64,000 bases of DNA, from the IMG/VR virus record IMGVR_UViG_2811995017_000004, positions 62,001-126,000 of that record. One strand, 5' to 3'. Each line of letters begins with the position of its first letter. Positions within the stretch are counted from its first letter, which is position 1. The DNA is from an uncultured virus (IMG/VR IMGVR_UViG_2811995017_000004) (lineage: Duplodnaviria; Heunggongvirae; Uroviricota; Caudoviricetes). This document shows, piece by piece, positions 46,861 to 57,883 of the stretch. The position numbers were made by a program, and so were the translations under genes. The notes beneath the pieces are model-generated. The model searched no databases and had not been told where the DNA came from. It worked only from the letters and a program-made list of their open reading frames with translations.

Positions 46861-47505
46861 TTGATGAGGTGGTTTGGTGTGTTTATCGCAATGTTAATTA
46901 TTGCAGGGTTTATTGTTTTCTTTTTGATTGGATTTATAGGAATGAATAAACAAAAAGAAGACGAAAAACAAATTTTAAATTTGCTCGAATCCGCAGGTAA
47001 TTATCCATCTGATTATAAATTTCATATTACACCTGATAAAGATATGAAGCTTACTTTAATTGAATCCGAGGAAAAATTCGTTGCACATCGATTACATAAA
47101 GATCAATCTTTAGAGGAAATCGAAATCCCATTTAATAAAATTATCGAAGCAGAAGTAACAGTAGACGATAATTCTGTTTCAAAAGTTTCTAGAGGAAGTC
47201 AGTTGGCCGGAGCAATAGTCGGTGGGGCTGTAGCTGGTGGTATTGGAGCTGTGATTGGTGGATTATCTTCAGACAAAGTAGAAGCAAAACGCTTTCGAAA
47301 AATTGCACTTAAAATAAAATTGGATGATTTCAAGTCCCCCATTATCAAAATTGATTTCCTGCCAAGTAAAACTGATATGGGCTTAGAGAATGTTACTGGA
47401 TTTAAACAAGATGATCCTAAGGTTAAAAAAGCTCTATCTAATGTTGAAATATGGCAAAGCATTTTTAAAATTGCTATTAAAAAAACAAATCAAGTCGCTC
47501 ATTAA
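46861..47505 (+). CDS. membrane-anchored protein with glycine zipper (yomJ position)
   Basis: N-terminal TM; GAIVGGAVAGGIGAVIGGLS. Confidence 0.75.
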   Translation: MMRWFGVFIAMLIIAGFIVFFLIGFIGMNKQKEDEKQILNLLESAGNYPSDYKFHITPDKDMKLTLIESEEKFVAHRLHKDQSLEEIEIPFNKIIEAEVTVDDNSVSKVSRGSQLAGAIVGGAVAGGIGAVIGGLSSDKVEAKRFRKIALKIKLDDFKSPIIKIDFLPSKTDMGLENVTGFKQDDPKVKKALSNVEIWQSIFKIAIKKTNQVAH

Positions 47506-47520
47506 TTGGGCGACTTATTT
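47492..47520. terminator. bidirectional terminator
   Basis: AAGTCGCTCA/TGGGCGACTT hairpin between convergent genes. Confidence 0.65.
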
Positions 47521-47673
47521 ATTATCTTCTTTATTTTGATTATCCATAAATTCTTTAAGAATGTGCACTATCTGTCCATTTAAGCTTCTCATATTGTCGT
47601 CCGCTTCTTTAACAAGCTTAGAATGAAGCTCCTTAGGAAGCCTTAATGTCATTCGTTCAATCTCCTTTGACAT
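47515..47673 (-). CDS. Arc-family ribbon-helix-helix repressor (52 aa; below the ORF-track cutoff)
   Basis: MSKEIERMTLRLPKELHSKLVKEADDNMRSLNGQIVHILKEF; GGGGAGGG RBS. Confidence 0.85.
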   Translation of the reverse strand: MSKEIERMTLRLPKELHSKLVKEADDNMRSLNGQIVHILKEFMDNQNKEDNK

Positions 47674-47761
47674 GGAACCCTCCCCTTACTTACACTGCTT
47701 TACACTAACCACACATACAGAATACTAACACAAATCAATCGAATAAAAAGTAAATATTTAA

Positions 47762-47802
47762 TTGACAACAGTGTCATTATGGTGTCATAATAGTGTCATA
47801 AT
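47762..47802 (+). promoter_or_regulatory. promoter overlapped by three GTGTCAT direct repeats at 11-bp pitch
   Basis: TTGACA at 47762, TG-n-CATAAT; repeats at 47771, 47782, 47793. Confidence 0.75.
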
Positions 47803-47823
47803 AAATCGAGAGGATGACTAACA

Positions 47824-48078
47824 ATGTGGAGTACAAATGTGTATGGCACTATTATTCTTACCGTTTCGCGCAAAACAGCAGCTTCAAGCAAATGTTTAGC
47901 AATACTGGATTCATACTATGCCATATCCGATGACAGAGTTGATTTAACAGAGTTAACTTTGCTTCACCAAAATGGAAAAGTTCTAGGGACTGTAAAGATT
48001 CACAATATCGATTTAAGATGGAATGGTTTTTGTTCTAAGTTCAAAAGTGGAGATGTAAACTGTGGCAGTAATAATTAA
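47824..48078 (+). CDS. hypothetical protein
   Basis: 84-aa ORF, GAGAGGA RBS. Confidence 0.65.
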   Translation: MWSTNVYGTIILTVSRKTAASSKCLAILDSYYAISDDRVDLTELTLLHQNGKVLGTVKIHNIDLRWNGFCSKFKSGDVNCGSNN

Positions 48079-49519
48079 TCAATTTGTTAAAGTCCGAGCA
48101 AGTAACAGAAACAAAACTTATTATGCCAATTTGGGTTATACGCCAAATGAAAAACAAGAATTCAAAATCCATTTAAAAGATCTCCCATTATCGAGTCCTT
48201 CTGAGGTTAAAATTGTATGTGATTATTGTAATAAATGTTCAAGTAAACCCTACAAAAATATTTCTAGTCAAAAAAACCATTTTTGTTCACGAGAATGTGC
48301 TAACAATTTTCTAATAGGTAAACCTTCGTGGAATGCGAGGCTAATACATATTAAATGCTCAGAATGTTCAAAAGATATTATAAGATCTGAATGGGAAACT
48401 AAACAGCATAAAAACCTTTTTTGCAGTAGATCTTGTGCAGACAATTTCATGAGAAGGAATAGAAAAGGAAAACTGAAAGTAAAACGATATGAATTAAAAT
48501 GCTCTTTCTGTAATGCGACTATTGAAAGAACAGAAAATGAGTTAAAAAGAGCTAAAAATCATTTTTGCTCTCAAAAGTGTTTGAGTGAATTCTCTAAAGG
48601 TAAGCCGAAAAATACTAAAGAAAAGATAAAGAAACTATGTCACAATTGCAATAAGCCAATATACATGACTCCATATAGAGCTTTACAAAGTAAACGAACA
48701 TTTTGCTCAAGAAATTGTCGTTCTAGTTGGATGAGAGAGTCAGATGAGTACAGAAAAATTGTTTTTAAAGGAAAAAGCGTGGAGCTTACATGCTCTAATG
48801 AATCATGTAACAAAACATTCACTCGGAAATTTTCTGAACTAAAAGAAAAGAATTTTTGCTCTATGGAGTGCGCAAAATCACTCAAAAAACTATCCTTTAT
48901 AAGGAATAATCCTAATCCAAAGAAAGAAAAAATAAGTGTCAGCTGCTATACATGTGGTGCTGGTAAAAAGGTACATGAGAGTGTTTTTAAAAAGAATAAA
49001 CATTTTTTCTGCTCCTATGACTGCTACCATCAAAAAAGACTTGAAATTACTGAAAAGAAAGTTACTTTGACTTCAATTCATAAAAAAATAAATAGGCTCT
49101 TGAATGAATGTGAAATAGAACACATCAATGAAAAAAACATTGGATATTTTTCATTGGATATATATCTACCTGAACATAAACTAGCCATTGAAGTTATGGG
49201 AGATTATTGGCATGGACATCCACAAAGGTACAATTTCAATAGTCTCAATAACATTCAAAAAAAGAACATCAAAAGAGACTACAGAAAGAACAGATATATC
49301 ACAAAGAATGGCATAGTAATTCTCTACCTTTGGGAGAACGATATAAATCAAGATTTTGAGTTGTGCAAACAGCTTATTTTGAAATTTATTTCAAAAAGAG
49401 ACGGTCTTCAAAATTTTCATAGTTTCAATTGGGCACTCGACAGTAATTCAAAAATAGTTTTACGAACCGAACTTTTTTGTCCCTTTTTTGATTATTTTCA
49501 AGGAGATGAACAAAAATGA
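48062..49519 (+). CDS. free-standing endonuclease: six Cys zinc-finger repeats plus C-terminal Vsr/DUF559-like nuclease
   Basis: Six CxxC...FCSxxC units; LDIYLP...AIEVMGDYWHG...RD..K...LYLWE.DI. Confidence 0.82.
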   Translation: MAVIINQFVKVRASNRNKTYYANLGYTPNEKQEFKIHLKDLPLSSPSEVKIVCDYCNKCSSKPYKNISSQKNHFCSRECANNFLIGKPSWNARLIHIKCSECSKDIIRSEWETKQHKNLFCSRSCADNFMRRNRKGKLKVKRYELKCSFCNATIERTENELKRAKNHFCSQKCLSEFSKGKPKNTKEKIKKLCHNCNKPIYMTPYRALQSKRTFCSRNCRSSWMRESDEYRKIVFKGKSVELTCSNESCNKTFTRKFSELKEKNFCSMECAKSLKKLSFIRNNPNPKKEKISVSCYTCGAGKKVHESVFKKNKHFFCSYDCYHQKRLEITEKKVTLTSIHKKINRLLNECEIEHINEKNIGYFSLDIYLPEHKLAIEVMGDYWHGHPQRYNFNSLNNIQKKNIKRDYRKNRYITKNGIVILYLWENDINQDFELCKQLILKFISKRDGLQNFHSFNWALDSNSKIVLRTELFCPFFDYFQGDEQK

Positions 49520-49767
49520 AAAAATACGTTAATCATTTGACATTGACTATAGCCGCTTGCCAAACAACACTTGGAAACTCTGAAGATGGAGCTAAACGAT
49601 TTACAGAGTATGATCTCTTGGATTTTGGAGAGTTTGAAGAACTTAAAGAAATAACATTAATAAATTTTGACGGTGATAAGATAACCCTTCAAGCCTTTAA
49701 TATGGGGCTTGAAATTGAGGACACCGAAGAAATCGATGAAGAAGATGAACTGCTATACATAAAATAA
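49516..49767 (+). CDS. acidic hypothetical protein
   Basis: 83-aa ORF, AGGAG RBS, terminator at about 49779-49803. Confidence 0.7.
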   Translation: MKKYVNHLTLTIAACQTTLGNSEDGAKRFTEYDLLDFGEFEELKEITLINFDGDKITLQAFNMGLEIEDTEEIDEEDELLYIK

Positions 49768-49855
49768 ATGATTTTCTTGACTCTGCTAATGCAGAGTTTT
49801 TTTATTTTTGTCCACCTCTCCCCCACTCTTCGCTTTGAAAGGATGTGATTATTAA

Positions 49856-52800
49856 TTGAGCCAACAGTTGAAAATTGTAGTTACTCCAGTTGCCGACACC
49901 TCCGCTCAATCAGTTGAACAAATTAACAAGCAACTTAAAACACTACAATCTAAGTTAAACTCCCTTCAGCTCCAAACAAATATTGATGCTTCTGCTTTAA
50001 AAACCCTCAAAGAATTCTCTTCTGCAATTGAAACATATCAAAAAAATCTTAAGAATTACAATCAGACAGTTAAAGAAACACAAACGGTCATTAAGAATGC
50101 TGATGGGACAACTGAAAAAATCATTCAGCAGCACAAAAAGAATGGAGAAATACTTCAGCGAGAAATTAAGACGATTGATAATCGAAATCAAAAGATTCGT
50201 CAAGAAACTCAAGAAACAGCAAAATTAACCTCTGAAATTCAAAAGCTTGGCCAAGCTCAAAAGATAATTGAACGTCAAAATGCTCAAGGTATCAAGACAG
50301 GCACTACTCAAAAAAATCGTGATGGTTTTAAGGATATTACGTACAATCTCGACCAAAATGGGAATATTAAAAACTCAACCACTGTAACAAATATTGATCA
50401 ACAAAGAAAAGCAATCGAACAGCTTAGAGTAAGCCTACAAAGACTAAAAGAGCAAGGGCAACTGTCTGAAGTCACGCTCTCCTCTCTTGGAAGAAAAATT
50501 AATTTAGTTCAGTCTACAGAACAAATTGAAGCACTCAGAGTCAAGCTTAAGACTCTTGATGACAAGTCAGCAGCAGTTGCAAAGACTAAAGAGCTTGAAA
50601 GGCAGTTAGAACTATATAGAAGACAAGCACAGGTAAATACTCAGAACCTGCAAAACAGATACGGCAGCTCATTGAGCAATACAAGTAATCAACAGCTTCA
50701 ACAGTATTTGAATTCAGTTAATCAATTAACTGCAAGGACACCTAATCTAAGAAATCAGATGGCTAGTCTTAATGTGCAGTTTAGGGAAATGTCCTCTAAC
50801 ATTGCTGCTACTACAAGGCAGACAATGAGTTTTGGAGAGCAGCTTCAAGTAGCAATGTCCCGCGTGCCTGTGTGGATGGCATCTATGACACTTTTTTATG
50901 CACCTTTGAGACTGCTTCAAGATCTCACCAGCCAAGTAATATCGCTTGACACTCAAATGACTGGCTTACGACGGGTTATGGACTTACCTGATTATAAGTT
51001 TAACGAGCTTCTTCAAAAATCTATTGATTTGAGTGATGAGTTAGCAAACAAGACTTCAGATGTTCTAACTATAATGAACGAATTTGGGCGTATGGGTTAC
51101 AAAGATGATGAGCTATTAGATCTAACCAAGACAGCTCAAATGATGGAGAACATTAGTGAACTACAACCTGAAGATACCGTTAAAGCTCTCACAGCAGCGA
51201 TGGTCAACTTCGGAATTCAATCTAAAGACAGCTTAAAAATCGCCGATGCATTGAACGAGGTTGACAATAATTTCCAAACAAGTACATTGGACTTGGCTCA
51301 ATCAATGAGAAAGTCAGCTGCCGCTGCAAAAGTATATGGCGTGAGTATGGAACAGCTTTTAGGATACACAACTGCTATTCAATCTAGTACCAAAGAATCT
51401 GGTAACATTGTCGGTAGAATAATTGCTGACATTAAATCTCTTCTGATTGACTTGGAAATCCTAACGTTCAGTCGAGGACGACAAGGGGCAAGCGTAATGG
51501 TAGCCTGAACGACTGAGTGAAGAGACACAGAAATGTGAAGCGACAGTCTGAACTCTATGGAAACATAGAGAGTGAGGTTGAAGCGCCTCACCGCCATTTA
51601 TAATGGTCAGTAGCCTTTTGGTGAAAGTAACAGAATTGAACGCCTTAAAAACAATATTCGCCAGAATCCAAACAAATGGAGCAGCCATTAAAAGTCTTGA
51701 GAGTGTAGGAATTGCAGTTAAAGATGTAGGTGGAGAAGCTATACCTGTATCTGAAATCCTTGAGAATCTTGCTTCTAAGTGGGACAGTCTCTCTGAGGCA
51801 CAGAAGCAGCAAATCGGGGTTTCGTCAGCAGGTATGTTTCAAAATACTCGATTAATTATAGTCGCCTTATACAGTAATGTATAAGTGAAAACCCAGTGAA
51901 CCCTATTGCTCAGGGGTGTGTCCTTTTCACAGGATGCTAACGGTGGAACTCTAAGGGAGAAATCCTATGACAATACCGTGCCAAGCCTATTTTAGGAAGG
52001 TGTAACGACTAGCCTAACGGCGTAGAACAGACATTGAGCTACTGTTCAAAGTGCTGGGCATCCTTTTAGGATGAAGATATAGTCTAGTCCCCTACTTAAA
52101 TATCGGGAAACCGAGGGTATAAACGTTTTAGCGCTCATGGAGCAATGGAGTACGGCTACCAAGGCCACTACTACTGCAATTAACAGCCAGGGATCTGCAA
52201 TGCGTGAGCAAGAACGATACTCTGAAAGTTTGGAAGGACGCCTCAACAGATTGTCTGCTTCTTGGTCAGGTCTTGCAGCAAATGCAGGTGATGCTTTCCT
52301 TTCTGATGGAATAATTTCATTTGCCGAAATATTGAAAGATATAGTCCAAGCAGGAGCAAGCGTAACAAAAACAATTGGATTTTTGCCAAGTGTATTCGCG
52401 ACAGCATCTGCTGCAATTCTCCTGTTTAATAGCAATCTAAGGTCAACCATGATTCTTGCCGGATCAAATATGGGAACCGCGTTAAAGTCTCTTATAGCTA
52501 ATTTTAGTTTGCTCAATGTGGCTTCAACTGGTGCTGCCGCAGGACAGAGAATGCTTGCAATTGCGACTAACGTAACTTCTGTTGCAATAACTACATTAGG
52601 CAAAGTAACCAAAACAACAATGGCTTTTCTTGCAGGTGCTGTACTGCCTATGGCAGGTTTCATGGCTTTAGGCTTCGTAATCGAAAAACTTGTCTCTGCT
52701 TTTTCTGATGCTAAACAAGAACAAGAAAAGCTTGCAGAGTCACAAAAGAAAAGCGTTGAAGCAATAACCACAAATAAAGAACAGACCGATCAGTTAATAC

Positions 52801-55800
52801 AAAAATATAAAGAGCTGCAAAAAGCAAAAGATAATGGCTCCCTCTCCCCTGACAAGGAGCAAGAATATCTACAGGTCACGCAACAATTAGCACAAACGTT
52901 CCCTAATTTGATTTCTGGCTATGACTCCCAAGGTAATGCCATCATTAAAAATAACGAAGCATTAGAAGATGCCATAAAATACACCAAAGAATTAGCTGAA
53001 TTAAACAAAAAAGACATTCAAACTGGCGCAAATAGCAACTTTAAAGAAACCCTCAGTGATATCAGTAATCTGACTGATGAAATGAAAGAGTATCAAAAAG
53101 TTGCAGACCATTATAAAAACAACGATCGGCCATTCTGGGATATCTTCGACAGCGACAGTGATTATAAAAATTTTGGGATTAAAGCTGAACAACAAGCTCT
53201 TCAAGTCAACCAGAAGCTATCTAGCTCACAAGCTAAACTTAGAGAGCAAGTGCTGCAAACTGTTGACGCTTATAACTCCATTAAAATCAACCCTCAGTTA
53301 ACCAAAGATATCAACGAAGCCTTCAATAAAATTGACTTTAGTAAGATGACTTCTGATGAATTAGAGTCGTTTTCCATTAATGTTTCAAAATACATGGATG
53401 ACATTCAGAAAGCATTGGAATCAGGGAATAAAGTTGATTTCTCAAGAGCATCTCAAGCACTTCAGAATTTAATTAACCAACAAATCAAAGGTTCTGATGA
53501 AGCTGACAAACTTTCCTTATCTTATGATGACCTAAAGAATGCTATAGACTCTACAAAAAATGCTGCTGATTCTGCAAAGGTCACTTGGGATGAAAATGGT
53601 GAAGGGGTAAACGAATTAACAGGAGAAGTCGAAGATTTAAGTCAAAAGCTCAAGGATGCTAAAGGCGATCTAGAGGCAATAAAAGCTGTAATGGACGATT
53701 TGGTGGCTTCTCAGCAAACAGAACTAGCTATTTCTGCCCTTCAAAATGAAGCATATGATTCTTTTGCTGACTCCATCTCCCCTCTCAATGAACTGCTTGA
53801 GAAAATGGCTGAAGGAAAAAGCATCTCAGCTGCTGAAGCAATGAAACTGGTTCAAAAAGAAAAAGACTTGGCTGGAGCTATTAGTGTTGAAAACGGCGTA
53901 GTTAAATTAAACCGAGATGCTATCATAAAACTACGTGATGCAAAACTTAAAGCATACAATGATATGCAAAAGTCAGTTAAACAGGATCTAATCAACCAGG
54001 CAAACGCAACAGTAAAGAAAATAAAGAACTATGGTTTAGAGGTCAAATCAATCCAGACTGTTGCCGATGCGCAAGCCAACCTTTCCAAAATGAGAAAACA
54101 AGTAGACACTTTGATGGAAAGTGGCAATATCCAGATGGCAATGCCAATCATTAAAGAAATAAACGAGTTGAGCGACGTCACTGGACAGTTAGAAGATCTG
54201 GATAAAATGGCTGAATTGGCCAACTCATCTTTAAATGAAGTTGGTACGTCCCTTGAGAAATATTCTGATGAACAAGAGAAAGCCAGCAAAGAAACTGAGA
54301 AATCCAAATACGTCATTGATAAATATAAAGAAGCCCTTGAAAAAGTAAATGCAGAAATTGAGAAATACAACAAGCAAACCAATGATTATCCTAAATGGTC
54401 ACAAAAATACAGAGACGCAATCAATAAGGAAATCAAGGCATTAGAGCGTAAGAAAAAGCTAATGCAAGATCAGATTAAACTGCTGAAACAGCAAATCAAA
54501 TCTGGTTATATTCCTCAAACTGGACTTGTTACCTCCTCTTCCTCTTCTGGTTCTTCATCAGGATCATATTCTTCTGGAGGATCATATTCCGGAAAATACT
54601 CTTCTTATATTAATACTGCAGCAAGCAAATATGGTGTTGACCCTGCACTAATCGCTGCGATTATTAAACAAGAATCAAACTTCAATGCCAAAGCTCGTTC
54701 TGGCGCTGGAGCAATGGGTTTGATGCAACTCATGCCTGGTACTGCAAAAAGTCTAGGTGTAAACAATGCATATGATCCTTATCAAAACATCATGGGCGGT
54801 ACAAAATATATCGCTCAAATGCTCAATAAGTTTGGCGGCAACATTGAAAAAGCATTGGCTGCTTACAATTCGGGGCCAGGAAACGTTATTAAATACGGTG
54901 GCGTCCCTCCTTTCAAAGAAACACAAAATTACGTTAAGATCATTCTTTCCAACTACAATAAGAGCTTATCTACTGCGACATCAAAAATTGCTAATTACTA
55001 CACCAGCGCGAATGGATTTAGAGTAAGCTCAAAATTTGGACAAAAAGAAAGTGGTCTCCGCTCCTCCCCTCATAAAGGATTAGACTTAGCAGCTAAAGCA
55101 GGTACTCCTGTTAAAGCTTTAAAAGCTGGTAAAGTCATAACCGCTGCCTATTCTAAAACAGCAGGCAACTGGGTTGTCATTCAACAGGATGATGGAACAG
55201 TTGCAAAATACATGCACATGCAGAAAGGTCTTAAAGTCAAAAAAGGCGATGTTGTTTCTGCTGGTCAAACAATAGGTAAAGTTGGAAGCACTGGACATTC
55301 AACAGGAAATCACCTTCACTTACAGATTGAACAGAACGGAAAACCAATCGATCCAGAAAAGTATATGAAAGGTTTGACGTCTGACCTATCTCAATCTGAA
55401 GCCGAAAGACAACAGGCTATTGCTCAAGCAAAGTCTGATCTAATCGGCTTACAAGGTGATTTGGACTCAGTAAATGATCAGATCCAAGAACTTCAATATG
55501 AATTAGTTCAATCTAAGCTCGATGAATTTGATAAGCGTAAATCAGATTTGGAAGTTAAGATTGCTAAAAACGAATCCTTAGCTAAACACTACCTCACCGA
55601 CAGCAAAGAATTCCGTAAATACACTAACGAGCAAAAGAAAGCTGTTGATGAGCAGCGGAAAATTCAACAGGAAAAGCTCAATTGGATTAACAAAGAGCTT
55701 AAAACAAACAAAAAGCTCAACTATGCTCAACGTGATCAGCTTAGAGAAGAACTGAAACAGGCCAAATTAGATTTAATCTCCCTTGAGGATCAAGTCAGAG

Positions 55801-57065
55801 AGCTACAAGGTCAGCTTGTTCAATCTAAAGTTGATCAAGTACTCAACAACATCGAGAAATCAGTCAAGAAAACTGAGGGTAAGCTTAAAGATGTTGATAT
55901 CAAGATTCAGATGACTGAGGATGACAATCAAAAAGTCAAATACTACAGTCAGCAAGTAAAATTGATTCAACAGCAACAAGCTGAAGCCAAAAAGTACATC
56001 AAACAGCTTGAGGAACAGAAAAAGGCAGCTAAAGGTTTTCCTGATATCCAGAAACAAATCACAGAGGAAATTGAAAACTGGAAAGATAAACAAAAGGACT
56101 ACAACCTTGAGCTTTATAACACCAAGAAGTCCATTAAGGATATTTACAAATCACTTGCAGATGAAGTCGTTTCTATTTATAAAGAAATGTACGAAAAGAT
56201 GCGTGATATTGAACTTGAAGCCCATCGAAAAGCAACTCAAAACATCATTGATGAAATTGACAAAGAAGACGATGAAGCCAAGTTCCAGAAGTCCCTTAAA
56301 GAGAAACAGGAATCCATTCAGGAAACAAAAGATCAAATCAATAAGCTGTCTTTAGATGATTCTGATGAAGCCAAAGCAAAATTAAAGGATTTGGATAAAC
56401 AGCTTCAGGAACAAGAGCAAGACCTTGAAGAGTTTCTGAAAGATCGTGAAAACACGAAACGAAAGGAAGCACTCCAAGATCAGCTTGAAAAAGATGAAGA
56501 ATCAATCAACAAAAAGTATGATGACCTTGTTAATGATGATCGAGCCTTTAAGGAACTTGAGAAAAAACTTTTGGATGGTAAGATAACCGATATTGCTAAA
56601 CAGCTTAATGAATTCACTAAGTTCATCAACAGCAACATGGATTCCATCGGTAAGAGTATTTCAAACAACCTTATCGATAAACTTAAAGAAGCTTCCAATG
56701 CTTTAAATGTCGTGATTGCCGGAAATAAAACTGGCAAGAAGGTTTCCTCTTTTGATGTTGGTGGGTATACCGGAAAATGGGGAAGCTCAGGAAAGCTTGC
56801 TATGCTTCATGAGCAAGAGCTTGTATTGAACAAATCTGATACAAGCAATGTCCTGAAAATTGTTGAGCTGACTAGAAACATCTTCGGAGACATTCCAACA
56901 AAAGCTACGCTCCCTTCCCCTTTTACTGCACCTAATCAAACGACAAGCAATCAAACAATCAATATTAACTTTAACGTGGATAAAATGACTGGTTCTAAGG
57001 CTGATGCAGAGAAATTCTTAGGAGAAGTGTATAACATTGCATCAGCTAGAGGAGTGAAAATTTAG
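49856..57065 (+). CDS. yomI: tape measure protein / cell-wall hydrolase CwlP, three exons (49856-51415, 51639-51852, 52126-57065), 2237 aa spliced
   Basis: Splicing restores [15 protein letters not shown] and QNTR(F)LALMEQ; SLT motif IKQESNF...GLMQLM and M23 motifs HKGLD...HLH. Confidence 0.9.
51416..51638 (+). ncRNA. group I intron 1 (223 nt, no ORF)
   Basis: 5' exon ends in U with U-G wobble in P1 (GTCGGT/GCTGAC); P3 TCTCTTC/GAAGAGA; P7 GACTG/CAGTC; P9 CTCTATG-GAAA-CATAGAG; terminal G. Confidence 0.9.
51853..52125 (+). ncRNA. group I intron 2 (273 nt, no ORF, IA-like with P7.1/P7.2)
   Basis: P1 CGAT/GTCG with U-G wobble; P2 CTTATAC/GTATAAG; P3 CCCAG/CTGGG; P7 GACTA/TAGTC; P8 CATCCT/AGGATG; TCGG-GAAA-CCGA; terminal G. 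Confidence 0.9.
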
Positions 57066-57096
57066 AGTCGGCAAAATTTGTCGGCTCTTTCTTTTT
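57064..57096 (+). terminator. intrinsic terminator
   Basis: AGAGTCGGCAA/TTGTCGGCTCT plus T-tract. Confidence 0.75.
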
Positions 57097-57118
57097 AGAA
57101 AGGATGTGAGAAACATCA

Positions 57119-57880
57119 GTGATAAGAGAGAGCCGTTACTTTTTCTTCGGAGATAGAAAATCAACAGATATGGGGATTGAAAATGTCAATACTGAAGGCG
57201 GTTTAGTTGAAGAAACATTTCTAGCTACCTCTTCAATAAACGAGACAACCATAAAAGGAAATGACACTCCCTTTTATGAAGGAAAAAAACGCGATCCTAA
57301 ACAATTCAACCTTAATTTTTATATTGTAGATTACTGGAATGATAAAAGACTCGCTGACATTAAACGATGGCTGGATGTTGATACATACCAGCCTTTATCT
57401 TTCAGTGAAAACTTAGACATCGTTTATTATGCTATGCCTGTTGATACAAATGATTTAGTTCATAACGCAAGCAAAGAGGGCTATGTCAGGTTAACAATGC
57501 GATGCGATTCCCCTTATGCCTACAGTAGATCGATAACCACTCCATTGTACGATGCTTCTAAGGAAGACATTACAATTGAAATCAACAATAAAGGTGAATG
57601 CACCATTGTCCCATCGTTTAAAATTCAAAAGATTGGTAAAGGCGATGTTCAAATTGAAAATCTAAGTAACTTCTCCTCCCCTTCTAAGTTTATTGATCTT
57701 GAGGATGGCGAAGTCATAACAGTTACAGGTGAAAAAGAGATTGTAGATTCATCAAAATATGGAGACGAACGATACGACAATTTCAATGAAGAGTATCTTC
57801 AACTCGGTTATGGAATGAACCGAATTAGAGTGACAGGCAGATGTAAAATTCTTTTCAACTATAGATTCAAATATCGTTAG
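57119..57880 (+). CDS. yomH: distal tail protein (Dit)
   Basis: Follows tape measure; CDSPYAYS, L.YGMN.I.V motifs. Confidence 0.8.
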   Translation: MIRESRYFFFGDRKSTDMGIENVNTEGGLVEETFLATSSINETTIKGNDTPFYEGKKRDPKQFNLNFYIVDYWNDKRLADIKRWLDVDTYQPLSFSENLDIVYYAMPVDTNDLVHNASKEGYVRLTMRCDSPYAYSRSITTPLYDASKEDITIEINNKGECTIVPSFKIQKIGKGDVQIENLSNFSSPSKFIDLEDGEVITVTGEKEIVDSSKYGDERYDNFNEEYLQLGYGMNRIRVTGRCKILFNYRFKYR

Positions 57881-57883
57881 GAG

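Noticed and set aside
54525..54610. TCT/TCC-rich low-complexity tract as a DNA repeat element
   Set aside because: It encodes the Ser/Gly linker before the lytic transglycosylase domain
49856..57065. Tape-measure gene as a broken pseudogene or three separate genes
   Set aside because: The breaks coincide exactly with two group I intron structures and splicing restores the frame
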